Assembly (NCBI GenBank): GCA_963768655.1
Contig: CAVYIM010000005.1
Coordinates: 448,001-512,000, forward strand
DNA from: an uncultured Chloroflexia bacterium
GTDB taxonomy: Bacteria > Chloroflexota > Limnocylindria > Limnocylindrales > CSP1-4
DNA: 64,000 nt
Reading direction: 5' to 3'
Below, piece by piece: positions 1 through 12,353 of the stretch (position 1 is the first letter of the stretch; each line of letters starts with the position of its first letter). A model generated the notes under the pieces. That model worked only from the letters and a program-made list of their open reading frames with translations, was not told the DNA's origin and did no database searches. A program made the position numbers and the translations under genes.

Positions 1-23
1 ATATGGGTTGGCCCCCTCGACGG

Positions 24-2048
24 TCAAGCACGACTCCTGCCGGCCTCCGGCGGGGCGGCCGGCGGTACGCCGGCATCGACCGAAAGCGCGGCATCGACCG
101 CCGGGCCGGCCAGCGTGCCGGGCAGCAGTTCATCCGCCGCCCCGGCCGGCGGCGCCTCCGCCCCGGCCGGCGCCGCGTCGGCCACGCCGGCCCGCGCAGC
201 CCTCCGCCGCCGCGGCCCGGGCTCGGCAGGCTGCGACGCGAGGGCGGTCTCCGCGGCGGGTTCGAGCGCCGCCGGCTCAGGCGACGTGGCGTCCACGGGC
301 GCAGCAGCGACGAGTGGACGGTCACCGGCGCGCTGGCTCGAAGCCTCATATAGAAGGATCGAGCCGGCGACCGAGGCGTTGAGAGAACTCACCTTGCCGC
401 GCATCGGGATCCGGACGACGGTGTCGCAGCGGCGACGGACCGCAGGTCCGAGACCCTGGCCCTCGCTGCCGATTACGATCGCCACCGGTCCGCGCAGATC
501 GGCCTGACGGGCGGTCAGCGGGGCGTCGGCGTCTGAGCCGATTATCCGCAGACCGCGGACGTGCAGGTCCGTCAGCGCATCGGCCAGATCGTCGACGGGA
601 ACCAGGAGCAGGTGCTCCACGGCTCCGGCCGAAGCCTTGATGGCGGCGGCCGAAAGCGGCGCCTGGCGATGGGTCGGGTAGACCACGCCCTGCACGCCGC
701 AGGCCTCGGCGGTTCGCAGCAACGAGCCGAAGTTCTGCGGATCCTCGAAGGAGTCGAGGACGATCACAAACGGCGGTTCCCCGCGCTCGATCGCGCGCGC
801 GAGGAGGTCGTCGAGGCCGGCGTACTGGCGGCGGTCGGTGACGAGGGCGATGCCCTGGTGGCCGTCGAATCCGGCCAGGGACGTCAGCGTTCCCCCTTCG
901 ACCTCGATTATCGGAATGCGCAGGTTGGTCGCGTGCAGGACCAGCTTCTCCAGAGCCTGGCGGCGCTGCGGCACGACGAGCAGGCGCAAGGCCTTGCGGT
1001 GGGCGATGAATGCTTCCTCGACCGGGTGGCGGCCGGCGACGATTTCCTCTTCTTCGCCGAGGAGATCGGCAAGGGGCGGAGGGGCGGGCGGCCGCGGCCA
1101 ATCGGCCGTCGGAGGCGGCGTGGGGCGGGGCTGGTGGCGATCCTGGTAGCCGCCCGACCGGGCACGGTAGTCGGGGTAGCCGCCCGACCGGGCACGGTAG
1201 TCGGGGCGGCGCGGGGGCCCCGGCCGGCGGGCGGACGGCCCGGAGAGCTCCGGCGGCTCAGCGGATTCGGCCGGTCCGGGGCCGGCGGCGCCGGGCGGCA
1301 GGTCGTCGAAGTCGCGATCGGGCGGCGCGGGACGAGGCGGGCGTTGGGGCGCCGCATCCGGGCGGTGCTCGCCAAAGCCGAAGCCACCACGCTCCGGATG
1401 AGGTCCGGCAGCTCCGGGGCGGGGGCCGCCGTACGCGCGACGCGGGCCGGCGAATCCGGGGCGGGGGCCGGCGAACCCGGGGCGCGGGCCGGTGTGCCCA
1501 AACGGGCGCGACGGGCGCGGCGCCCACGCGTCGTTGGGCTGCCACTCCCGGCCGGGGGCGCGGTACTGACCTTCATCCCTTCTGTCTTCGGGGCGCCCCT
1601 CGGAAGGGCCGGGCCCCGGACCGCCGGAGCCTGGACCTCCCGGCTTGTGACCACCGTGCTGCGGGCGAGAGTCGCCCGGCCGCGGACCGCCGAAACCCGG
1701 GCGCGGGCCGCCGTACGGGTAGCCGCCCGGGCGCGGGCCGGCGTGGCCGAAGCCGGGGCCACCCTGGCCGGGCCCGTAGTAGTCGGGGCGCGGCCCGTCT
1801 GGGCGCCGGCCTCTGAAGCCCCCGGCGCTCGGCCCGTCGGGTCGCGATCCGAACGACTTCGGGCCCTCGAACCCTGCTCCGTCCGGCCGCGGACCCTCGG
1901 CGCGTGGACCTGGGGCACGCTTACCCCGGCCGCTCGGACCCGGGGCGCTCGAACCCTCGCCGCGAGGGCTGTCCGGGCGCGGCTTCCTGGCGCCGGGCTT
2001 TCGGCCTCCGGCGTGCTCGTCGCCGGGCTTGTGTCGATGGTCAGGCAA
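24..2048 (-). CDS. rlmB: 23S rRNA Gm2251 2'-O-methyltransferase (SpoU/TrmH family) with long low-complexity N-terminal extension
   Basis: Core motifs GRHPVEEA, HQGIAL, LDSFEDPQNFGSLLRTA, IGSEGQG and IPMRGKVSSLNASVA; directly downstream of cysS. TTG start 52 nt past the cysS stop; the true start is uncertain. Confidence 0.92.
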   Translation of the reverse strand: MPDHRHKPGDEHAGGRKPGARKPRPDSPRGEGSSAPGPSGRGKRAPGPRAEGPRPDGAGFEGPKSFGSRPDGPSAGGFRGRRPDGPRPDYYGPGQGGPGFGHAGPRPGGYPYGGPRPGFGGPRPGDSRPQHGGHKPGGPGSGGPGPGPSEGRPEDRRDEGQYRAPGREWQPNDAWAPRPSRPFGHTGPRPGFAGPRPGFAGPRRAYGGPRPGAAGPHPERGGFGFGEHRPDAAPQRPPRPAPPDRDFDDLPPGAAGPGPAESAEPPELSGPSARRPGPPRRPDYRARSGGYPDYRARSGGYQDRHQPRPTPPPTADWPRPPAPPPLADLLGEEEEIVAGRHPVEEAFIAHRKALRLLVVPQRRQALEKLVLHATNLRIPIIEVEGGTLTSLAGFDGHQGIALVTDRRQYAGLDDLLARAIERGEPPFVIVLDSFEDPQNFGSLLRTAEACGVQGVVYPTHRQAPLSAAAIKASAGAVEHLLLVPVDDLADALTDLHVRGLRIIGSDADAPLTARQADLRGPVAIVIGSEGQGLGPAVRRRCDTVVRIPMRGKVSSLNASVAGSILLYEASSQRAGDRPLVAAAPVDATSPEPAALEPAAETALASQPAEPGPRRRRAARAGVADAAPAGAEAPPAGAADELLPGTLAGPAVDAALSVDAGVPPAAPPEAGRSRA
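1145..1206. repeat. 30-nt tandem direct repeat encoding PDYRARSGGY twice within the rlmB extension
   Basis: ggtagccgcccgaccgggcacggtagtcgg at 1145 and 1175. Confidence 0.9.
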
Positions 2049-2099
2049 GATTCGCCAATCTCTCTCTGCGTGCCATTGGGCGCGCCGCTATCGCAGGCG

Positions 2100-3494
2100 T
2101 CAGGCGCGGCGCCAGCGCTGGCCGTCGCGAGTATCTTCGACCAGGATGCCGCGCTCGGCCAGAACCGTCCGGAGGCGATCTGAGGCCGCCCAGTCTCGAC
2201 CGGCTCGGGCGGCAGCTCGATCATCGATGAGTTTCTGCAGCTCGGCGTCCAGCGCGTCTTCGACGACGGGCGCAATCCCCAGCACCCGATCGAGGTCGCG
2301 CAGGAAGTCAGTCGCGCGCCCGGCGTCGGCCGTCGAGAGCGTCCGTGCGTCGATCCGCCGGTTCAGTTCGCGAACCAGCTCGAACACGGCCGCCAGGGCC
2401 GCCGAGATGTTCAGGTCGTCGTCCAGGGCCGCTTCGAAGGCTTCTCGCGTCCCGTCCAGTATTGTCGGCAGCATGGCATCGTCCCGGCAGTCGTTGCTGT
2501 ATGCCGCCAGGGCGGCGAACAGCGCGTCCAGTCGATCGATCGCCGAGCTCGCCGCCGCCAGCGAGTCCTCGCCGAACGAGAGCGCCATCCGGTAGTGGGC
2601 CGAGATCAGCGCCAGGCGGAGGGCGCGGGGAGAGACACCCCGGGCCAGCACGTCTCCGACGCGATCGATGTTGCCGAGCGATTTCGACATCTTCTCGCCG
2701 CCCATCTGGAGGTGGGCGCAGTGCAGCCAGTAGTTCACGAAGGTCTCGCCCGTGGCCGCCTCGCTCTGGGCGAGCTCATCCTGGTGGTGCGGGAAGATCA
2801 GGTCTACTCCGCCGGTGTGGATGTCGAACGTCTGGCCGAGGTAAGCCATGCTCATGGCCGAGCATTCGATGTGCCAGCCGGGCCGGCCGGGCCCGATCGA
2901 CGTCTCCCAGCTCGGCTCGTCAGCTTTCGGCCCCTTCCACAGCGCGAAGTCCCGAACGTCGTCCTTGCCGTAGTCGTCGGCCTCGACCCGCTCGCCGACC
3001 CGCAGGCCCGAGGGGTCCAGGCGCGCGAGCCGCCCGTACTCCGGCCAGGAGGCGATCCGGAAGAAGATCGAGCCGTCGTCGGTCTTGTAGGCGTGGCCGC
3101 GCTCGATGAGCTTCTCGATCAGCGCGACCATCTGGGGGATGTGCTCGGTGGCCTTTGGCATCACGTCCGGCCTGGTCATGCCCAGGATCGAGGCATCCTC
3201 GAGGAGGAGGCATGTGAACCTCTCCGAGAGCTCGCCGATCGAGATGCCGGCGGCGTCGGCGCCCTTGATGATCCGATCGTCCACGTCGGTGACGTTCATC
3301 ACCCACGTCACCCGCAGGCCGCGATAGCGCAGGTAGCGGACCAGCAGGTCGGCGAACAGGAACGACCGAAAGTTGCCGACGTGGGCCGGGCCGTAGACGG
3401 TGGGGCCGCAGCTGTAGACGCGGACGTGGCCAGGCTCCAGCGGCACCAGCTCGCGCGCCGCGCCGGCCATCGTGTCGTGGAGCCGGATCGTCAT
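2100..3494 (-). CDS. cysS: cysteinyl-tRNA synthetase
   Basis: YSCGPTVY, HVGN (HIGH-like), GRPGWHIECSAM and KMSKS; ATG at 3494 overlaps the ispDF stop (ATGA) and has an upstream GGAGGAG RBS. Confidence 0.97.
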   Translation of the reverse strand: MTIRLHDTMAGAARELVPLEPGHVRVYSCGPTVYGPAHVGNFRSFLFADLLVRYLRYRGLRVTWVMNVTDVDDRIIKGADAAGISIGELSERFTCLLLEDASILGMTRPDVMPKATEHIPQMVALIEKLIERGHAYKTDDGSIFFRIASWPEYGRLARLDPSGLRVGERVEADDYGKDDVRDFALWKGPKADEPSWETSIGPGRPGWHIECSAMSMAYLGQTFDIHTGGVDLIFPHHQDELAQSEAATGETFVNYWLHCAHLQMGGEKMSKSLGNIDRVGDVLARGVSPRALRLALISAHYRMALSFGEDSLAAASSAIDRLDALFAALAAYSNDCRDDAMLPTILDGTREAFEAALDDDLNISAALAAVFELVRELNRRIDARTLSTADAGRATDFLRDLDRVLGIAPVVEDALDAELQKLIDDRAAARAGRDWAASDRLRTVLAERGILVEDTRDGQRWRRA

Positions 3495-4828
3495 GGCCGC
3501 TCTCCTCCCGCCGGGTGGCCGCCGCGCGGCGCGAGCCAGGCGATGGCGCTGGCGGAGATCGAGCGCCCGCCGCCTTCGGAACCCTCCAGGTTTCCAGTCG
3601 AAGCCTTGACGTTGACCGCACCCGCGTCCATGCCCACGATCGCGGCGATCGCCGCGGCCATCTCCGGCAGCAACTCCGCCAGGCGCGGGCGCGAAGCGAC
3701 GATCGTCATGTCGATGTTCACCGGACGCCAGCCGGCGGCCCAAATCTCCTCTGCAACCCTGCCCAGCAGAACGCGGCTGTCGATCCCGACGGGCGTGCGA
3801 GAGTCGGCCGGGAAGAGCCGGCCCAGGTCGCCGAGTCCAGCCGCACCGAGCAACGCGTCGGCGACGGCGTGCAGGGCGACGTCCCCGTCCGAATGCCCGG
3901 CCAGTCTGGGCGCGCCGGCGATCGTCAGGCCACCCAGGACGAGAGGCTCGCCGGGGCCGAAGGGATGGCCATCGGTGCCGAGCCCGACGCGGCCGGACAG
4001 CCGGCGCCCGGCCGCAGTCGCCTCGCCGGCGAGCGCAGCCGAAGCCGGACGGCCTGGCACGAGGCCGCCGTCGAGCATGGCTCGGGCGCGTTCGAGGTCG
4101 ACTGGCACGGTGACCTTCAGATTCGTCGCTTCGCCGCTGATTGCGTGGACGGAGATTCTACAGGCCTCCAGCAGGGAAGCTTCATCGGTCCAGGTCTCGG
4201 GACCGTCGGGAGGGTATGCGGCGTAGGCGCGCTCGAGCAGGCTGCGTCGCACGCCCTGCGGGGTCTGCGCCGCCACGACACCCGTTCGATCGACGGTGGC
4301 GCCGACCCGATCGCCGTCCAGCCGCTTGAGCGTCTCGCTCACTGGCAGCACCGGGATCGCCGCCCCGTGGCTGGCGGTCGCCTCAGCCACCGCCACAACC
4401 AGCGCGGGGCTGACCAGCGGCCGGGCCGCGTCGTGGACGAGAATCACCGGGTCGCTGGCCTTCGCCGCTTCGCCGGGCCTGCCGCCGGGCGTCCTGCCCG
4501 CGCTGGCGGCGCCTCCCTCGGCCAGGGCCGCCACGCCCGCGGCGACGGACTCCTGGCGCCGCTTCCCGCCGGCAACCACGGCCACCACCGAGTCCGGCAG
4601 CCAATTCGCGGCGGCGATCTCGGGGATCCGCGCCGGGGACGTAACGACGACGATCCGCTCGGCACCGGCCGCGGCGAGCGCCTCGATCGACCAGCGCAGG
4701 ATGGTTCGGCCTTGCAGCTCCGCGTCGAGCTTGTCCAGGCCGCCCATTCGACGGCTGGCGCCTGCGGCTACGACGACCGCCTCGATCGGATCGGCGGCCC
4801 CGGCCGGCGGGCTCCTGCGAGCGCTCAC
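3491..4828 (-). CDS. ispDF: bifunctional IspD/IspF (MEP cytidylyltransferase / MEcPP synthase)
   Basis: AAGASRRMG, HDAARP, QTPQG and TDEA (IspD), followed by GLGTDGH, GHSDGDVALHAVADALLGA and NVKAST (IspF). Confidence 0.95.
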   Translation of the reverse strand: MSARRSPPAGAADPIEAVVVAAGASRRMGGLDKLDAELQGRTILRWSIEALAAAGAERIVVVTSPARIPEIAAANWLPDSVVAVVAGGKRRQESVAAGVAALAEGGAASAGRTPGGRPGEAAKASDPVILVHDAARPLVSPALVVAVAEATASHGAAIPVLPVSETLKRLDGDRVGATVDRTGVVAAQTPQGVRRSLLERAYAAYPPDGPETWTDEASLLEACRISVHAISGEATNLKVTVPVDLERARAMLDGGLVPGRPASAALAGEATAAGRRLSGRVGLGTDGHPFGPGEPLVLGGLTIAGAPRLAGHSDGDVALHAVADALLGAAGLGDLGRLFPADSRTPVGIDSRVLLGRVAEEIWAAGWRPVNIDMTIVASRPRLAELLPEMAAAIAAIVGMDAGAVNVKASTGNLEGSEGGGRSISASAIAWLAPRGGHPAGGERP

Positions 4829-5904
4829 TCCGGGTGCATCTGCGCGAAGACCATCCGGCCCATGACCGTCTGGAGAACGCGCGTGACCACGACGTCGAGC
4901 TCGGCGCCGACAAAGCGAGAGCCGCCTTCGATCACGACCATCGTGCCGTCGTCCAGGTAGCCGACTCCCTGGCCCTGCTCCTTGCCCTCGGTGATGATCT
5001 TGATTCGAAGCGGGTCGCCGGGCAGCAATGCCGGTTTGAGCGCGTTCGCGAGCGAGTTGATGTTCAGGACACGGATGGACTGCAGGTCCGCGACGCGGTT
5101 GAGGTTGAAGTCGTTGGTGAGGATCGCGGCGCCTCTGGCGCGGGCCATCGCCACCAGCTTGCTGTCTACGTCGCCGGCCTCCACCGGATCGTCGGTCACG
5201 ATCTCGACCGGCGTCGGGCCTTCCTTCTGAAGGCGGGCCAGGATCTCCAGGCCGCGCCGGCCCCTGCCGCGCCGCTGTGAGTCGGAGCTGTCCGCTATCC
5301 GCTGCAACTCTTCGAGGACGAAGTGCGGGATGACGAGCTTGTGATACAGGAAGCCCGAGTCGACGATGTCGGCGATACGGCCGTCGATGATGGCGCTGGT
5401 GTCGACGACGACTTCCGTCTGACCGCCCTGGCTCCCGCCCGAGACCGGGCTCTCGCCGCGCAGCAGCCCTGCGGCCTGTGCGGCGGCCACCAGGTCCTCG
5501 CGTTTGGCCACGGTCAGCCCGAGCATGCCGAGCCCGAAGCAGATGGAGACGCCGATCGGCAGGTAATGGCCGAACGGCTCGGGCAGAGCCGCCAGCGGAA
5601 GGCCGAGAAGCAGGGCGATCAAGAGGCCGAGCAGGAGCCCGACCACGGCCGCAACGAATTCGGCTGTGGACATCGCCTGGACTTCGCGGATCAGCCGGCC
5701 CGCGGGAACGACGGACAGGTACGGCAGCAGCAGGAAGCCGACCGAAACCCAGGCCAGAACCCAGACCAGGATGATCAGAGTCGCGGAGCCGGTGTTCTCG
5801 AACAGCTTCTCATCGGCAAACACGAACGTGAGACTGATGAGCGCCCCGAGAGCCGCTCCGAGTAACCGAATGATGCGGACCACGCTGTTTGCCTCGAGGG
5901 CCAC
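4825..5904 (-). CDS. membrane PIN/TRAM domain protein (YacL-like)
   Basis: Four N-terminal hydrophobic segments, PIN motif VDTSAIIDGRI, TNDFNLNRVA, TRAM GVGYLDDGTMVV; sits between radA and ispD. Confidence 0.92.
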   Translation of the reverse strand: MALEANSVVRIIRLLGAALGALISLTFVFADEKLFENTGSATLIILVWVLAWVSVGFLLLPYLSVVPAGRLIREVQAMSTAEFVAAVVGLLLGLLIALLLGLPLAALPEPFGHYLPIGVSICFGLGMLGLTVAKREDLVAAAQAAGLLRGESPVSGGSQGGQTEVVVDTSAIIDGRIADIVDSGFLYHKLVIPHFVLEELQRIADSSDSQRRGRGRRGLEILARLQKEGPTPVEIVTDDPVEAGDVDSKLVAMARARGAAILTNDFNLNRVADLQSIRVLNINSLANALKPALLPGDPLRIKIITEGKEQGQGVGYLDDGTMVVIEGGSRFVGAELDVVVTRVLQTVMGRMVFAQMHPE

Positions 5905-6024
5905 CGGGGGCCGGGATGATGGATAAGAACGATAAATGGCGCTCCGGTGGAGTCAGCCTAGCATCGCGCCCGTTCCGCCGCCAGCATGGATCGTGCGGCT
6001 CGCCCGGTGAGCCCGCCGCCGCCT

Positions 6025-7449
6025 CTACTCCGGTCCGATCCCAGGGGCGGTCTCGTGAGACCCGCCCAGGGCGTGGCCGATCGCCTCCCGCAGGTTCGAG
6101 ACCGCCAGGACGGTCATGTCCTTCACCTCGGGCGGGTCACCGCGGCGTGACTTCGGCACGACCGCCGTCCGAAAGCCAAGCCTGGCCGCCTCGCGCAGGC
6201 GGCGCTCCAGGCCAGGCACCGGCCGCAACTCGCCCAGCAGGCCCACTTCCCCGATCGCTATCAGGTCCGCGGGAATCGGCCTGTCGCGCAGCGACGACGC
6301 CAGAGCCAGCGCCAGCGGAAGGTCCAGCCCGGGATCGGCCAGGTCCAGGCCGCCGGCGAGGTTCGCATAGACGTCGTGGCTGCCCAGGCCGACGCCGGCG
6401 CGACGCCCCAGCACCGCGATCAAGAGGGAGAGACGGTTCGCATCGATGCCCGAGGCAGTGCGGCGTGGGCTTCCGTACGCGCCCGGCGCCACCAGGCCCT
6501 GGACCTCGACCAGCAGCGGCCGGGTTCCTTCGAGCGTGGCGCCGACGACGCTGCCCGGGGCATGCTGCTCGGCACCGGCCAGAAAGGCCCGGCCGGGGTC
6601 GGCGACCTCGGCCAGACCGCGCTCGGCCATCTCGAACACACCGACCTCCTCGGTGGAGCCGAAGCGATTCTTCGTCGCGCGCAGGAGGCGCAGCGTCGCC
6701 GTCCGTTCCCCTTCCAGGCTCAGCACCGTGTCGACCAGGTGCTCCAGGGTCTTGGGGCCGGCCAGCGTTCCATCTTTGGTCACGTGGCCGACCACGATGA
6801 CCGCGATGCCGTCACCCTTCGCGAGCTCCATCAGCCGCAGCGCCGACTCGCGCACCTGGCCCACTGACCCCGCCGGCCCCTCGAGATCGTCCACGGTCAC
6901 GGTCTGGATCGAGTCCACGACCAGGACGCCCGGCCGGCTTTCGCGCGCCAGGGCCGAGATCCTGCCGACCTCGTTCTCCGCCACGACCCGGATCCGCTCG
7001 CCGGCCGTGCCCGCGAGCAGCCCCAGCCGGCCGGCTCGCAGCCGCACCTGGCCCGCCGACTCCTCGCCGGTGGCGTACAGGACCTCGCCGGCGGTTCCGG
7101 TCAGGCCGGCGGCTGCCTGCAGCAGCAGCGTGGACTTGCCGATCCCCGGCTCGCCGCCGAGCAGCACCACCGACCCGGGAACCAGCCCCCCGCCGAGGAC
7201 GCGGTCCAGCTCCGCGATGCCCGTGGGAGTGCGGACGAGCTCGGCTTCACGCAGGCCCGCCAGCGATTGCGGCGCGGCGCCGGACCCCGGCCCGGCGCCC
7301 GCCCGGGGCGCGCGCGCCTTGCGGTCGGGTTCGTGGACGAGCGTCTCGACGAGTGTGTTCCAGGCGCCGCAGGTCCGGCATTGTCCTTCCCAGCGGAGAT
7401 GGGCCGCGCCGCACGCCTGGCAGACGTAGCGGCTTTGCTGGCGTGCCAA
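6025..7449 (-). CDS. radA: DNA repair protein RadA/Sms
   Basis: CQACG...CRTCG zinc ribbon, GEPGIGKST Walker A, KNRFG motif, Lon-like C-terminus. Confidence 0.97.
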   Translation of the reverse strand: MARQQSRYVCQACGAAHLRWEGQCRTCGAWNTLVETLVHEPDRKARAPRAGAGPGSGAAPQSLAGLREAELVRTPTGIAELDRVLGGGLVPGSVVLLGGEPGIGKSTLLLQAAAGLTGTAGEVLYATGEESAGQVRLRAGRLGLLAGTAGERIRVVAENEVGRISALARESRPGVLVVDSIQTVTVDDLEGPAGSVGQVRESALRLMELAKGDGIAVIVVGHVTKDGTLAGPKTLEHLVDTVLSLEGERTATLRLLRATKNRFGSTEEVGVFEMAERGLAEVADPGRAFLAGAEQHAPGSVVGATLEGTRPLLVEVQGLVAPGAYGSPRRTASGIDANRLSLLIAVLGRRAGVGLGSHDVYANLAGGLDLADPGLDLPLALALASSLRDRPIPADLIAIGEVGLLGELRPVPGLERRLREAARLGFRTAVVPKSRRGDPPEVKDMTVLAVSNLREAIGHALGGSHETAPGIGPE

Positions 7450-7465
7450 CCCCCTCGACCCCGCC

Positions 7466-9943
<2,478 letters not shown>

Positions 9944-10224
9944 CAACCTGAACGCCTGTTCTGTCTTTTCGCCGAGGGGCGACCGTGGGGCCATGCTAGC
10001 ACGCCCCGCCAGCGGTGTAACTCGCCCCAACCGGGGAGGGACTGGTGGCCCAGCGCGTGGGTCGGACCTTCGAGTGGCCACCCCCTCCCTGGGCTGTCCC
10101 GCGGTCAGGACGTGGTCGCCCGGGAGAGGCAGACGACCCGCCGGCGGGGCCGGCGGGTCGTCGGTTACGTCATGTCTGGCTGGTGTGAGCGGCAAGCGGC
10201 AGCGGATCTGCCGGCCGCCCGGAA

Positions 10225-12081
10225 CTAGGGCTGAGGCTCCTCGGTGGACGCTTCGGCATTGGCCTCGGCGGCCGCTTCGGCCGCGGCTTCGGCCTCGGCT
10301 GGCGCTTCGGCGGCCGCTTCGGCCGTGGCTTCGACGGGTGCCTCCGCCTCTGCCGCTGCCTCCGCTTCGACCTCGACGACAGTCTCGGCCTTGGGGGTCC
10401 TGGGGGCTCGGGCCGGCTTGGGCTTCGCCGACGCCGGCGCAGGCGCCGCTCTCGTTTCGGCGACCGGCGCCGCCTCGGCGGCCGGAGCGGCTTCTGCCGG
10501 AGTCTCGGTCGGGGCCGCGGCCTTCGCCTCGGACTCGGCGACCTGGGCCCGGATCTGCGCGAACGCAGATGCGAGCGTGTCGTCGATCCCGCCTTCGGGC
10601 TCCTGGACCGCGTCGGTCATCGAGTAGCCGCGTTCCGGGCGAGGACGTCGCTCCGGCCGCGGGGCCATGGTGATGGGTTGGACCGGCGCCTCGGGGACCG
10701 GCGGTCGAGCAGGCGGCTCCTCGGCTTGCTTGAGGCTGAGGCCGAGGCGATGTCGCTCGGAGTCGAGGGAGATGATCTTCAGCTTGATCGTCTGACCCTC
10801 GTGGACGACGTCGCCCGGATGAGCGACGCGCTGATGGGACAGCTCGGAGATGTGGATCAGGCCCTCGAGGCCGTCGCGCACTCGCACGAAGGCGCCGAAG
10901 TTCACGAGCTTGGTGACCGTGCCGTCGATGACGTCGCCAACCTTGAAGTCGGCGACCGTGGAGTGCCACGGGTCCGGCTGGAGCTTGCGGATCGACAGGC
11001 TGATGCGGCCGCGCTCGTGGTTGATGTCGATGACTTCTGCCTCGACCTGATCACCGACCTTGTATCCGGCCTCGGGGTTGTTGACCTTGTTCCACGAGAG
11101 CTCGCTCTTGTGGACCAGGCCGTCGATGCCGCCGAGGTCGATGAAGACGCCGAACGGCGCGATCGAGCGGACCGTGCCGCTGACCTTCTGGCCGATCTGG
11201 AGGCTGCTGAACAGCTCGTCCCGCTTCTCGCGGCGCTCTTCGTAGAGAGCGACCTTCTCGGAGAGGATCAGGCGGTTGGCCTTGCGGTTGACCTCGAGGA
11301 TCTTGAGGCGGAGCTTGCGGCCGACGTACGGCTGCAGCTTCTCTGCGATCTCTTGAGCCGCGTCGCGCGGTTGATCGTTCTGCGGGCGCCGCGGGAAGTC
11401 GACGATCTGGCTGATCGGGACGAAGCCGCGGATGCCGCAGTCGACGATGAGGCCACCTTTGTTGTGGTCGATGACGGGTGCGTCGATGATCGCCCCGGCC
11501 TCGAACTGCTCCTGCATCGAGCGCCACTTACGCTCGAGCCCGGCGCGTCGCAGGGAGAGGACCGCGTGGCCCTCCTGGGATTCCGGCTGAAGCACATAGA
11601 CGAGGACTACGTCCCCGACTGCCAGCGCCGGCGCGGATTCGGCATGCCGACCGTAGAGCTCGCGGTTCGAGACGACGCCCTCGCTCTTGGCTCCGATGTC
11701 GACGAGGATCTCGTCTCGATCGATCCGAACGACGGTGCCTTCGACGACGTCGCCGTGCTTGAAGCTCCGGATGTCCGCGTCCTGCTCGGCGAGCAACTCC
11801 TCCATGGTGGAGGGCTCCGGGCGCCGGATCACCGGCACCACCGGGCTAACTTCGGGCTCCTCGGCGGCCGGCGCGTCGGCGACCTCCGCTTCGCTCACCG
11901 CGACCGGTTCGAGCGGAGCCGGGGCGGGCGGCTCGACGCTTGTTTCGATCGTCGCGATGGGGCTCGTCTCGGCGGGCTCGTCGGCGATCGCTACGCCGGC
12001 GGCTTGCTCGGACGCCTGGTCAGCGATGGGGGCGGATGCCTCCATCTCCGGCGTGGTCCCGCCCGTCTGCTCCTCAGTCAA
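10225..12081 (-). CDS. rpsA: 30S ribosomal protein S1 (four S1 domains) with acidic Ala/Glu/Pro-rich N- and C-terminal tails
   Basis: Repeated S1 motifs (GDVVEGTV..DIGAKSEG; FGVFIDLGGIDGLVHKSELSW; FGAFVRVRDGLEGLIHISEL); TTG start with AGGAG RBS. Confidence 0.9.
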   Translation of the reverse strand: MTEEQTGGTTPEMEASAPIADQASEQAAGVAIADEPAETSPIATIETSVEPPAPAPLEPVAVSEAEVADAPAAEEPEVSPVVPVIRRPEPSTMEELLAEQDADIRSFKHGDVVEGTVVRIDRDEILVDIGAKSEGVVSNRELYGRHAESAPALAVGDVVLVYVLQPESQEGHAVLSLRRAGLERKWRSMQEQFEAGAIIDAPVIDHNKGGLIVDCGIRGFVPISQIVDFPRRPQNDQPRDAAQEIAEKLQPYVGRKLRLKILEVNRKANRLILSEKVALYEERREKRDELFSSLQIGQKVSGTVRSIAPFGVFIDLGGIDGLVHKSELSWNKVNNPEAGYKVGDQVEAEVIDINHERGRISLSIRKLQPDPWHSTVADFKVGDVIDGTVTKLVNFGAFVRVRDGLEGLIHISELSHQRVAHPGDVVHEGQTIKLKIISLDSERHRLGLSLKQAEEPPARPPVPEAPVQPITMAPRPERRPRPERGYSMTDAVQEPEGGIDDTLASAFAQIRAQVAESEAKAAAPTETPAEAAPAAEAAPVAETRAAPAPASAKPKPARAPRTPKAETVVEVEAEAAAEAEAPVEATAEAAAEAPAEAEAAAEAAAEANAEASTEEPQP

Positions 12082-12353
12082 GGCTATAAGTCTCCTAATG
12101 GATGGTCGCTGCCCCGAAAAGCAAGAACGGCTCGAGCCTCGCTCAAGCCGTCGATCAGATCAGCAGTCCGGAGGCTTTCGTGCGCTCGGTCCACTCCTTC
12201 GATCAGGCGAGGGCTCGGCTCTATACCAATCTTGCCCTAGGGCCGCGTGAATCTAGCACACACACCTGGGGTCAACAATCTAATGCCGAACGCCACGCGC
12301 GCGTGACCGAACCCGGATCGATCCCCCGGCCAGGCCCCCGTACAATCTGAGAC

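Noticed and set aside
9944-10969. 342-aa N-terminal extension of ClpC in the ORF track
   Set aside because: It overlaps the S1 gene in another frame and has shadow-frame composition; the conserved ClpC start is at 9943.
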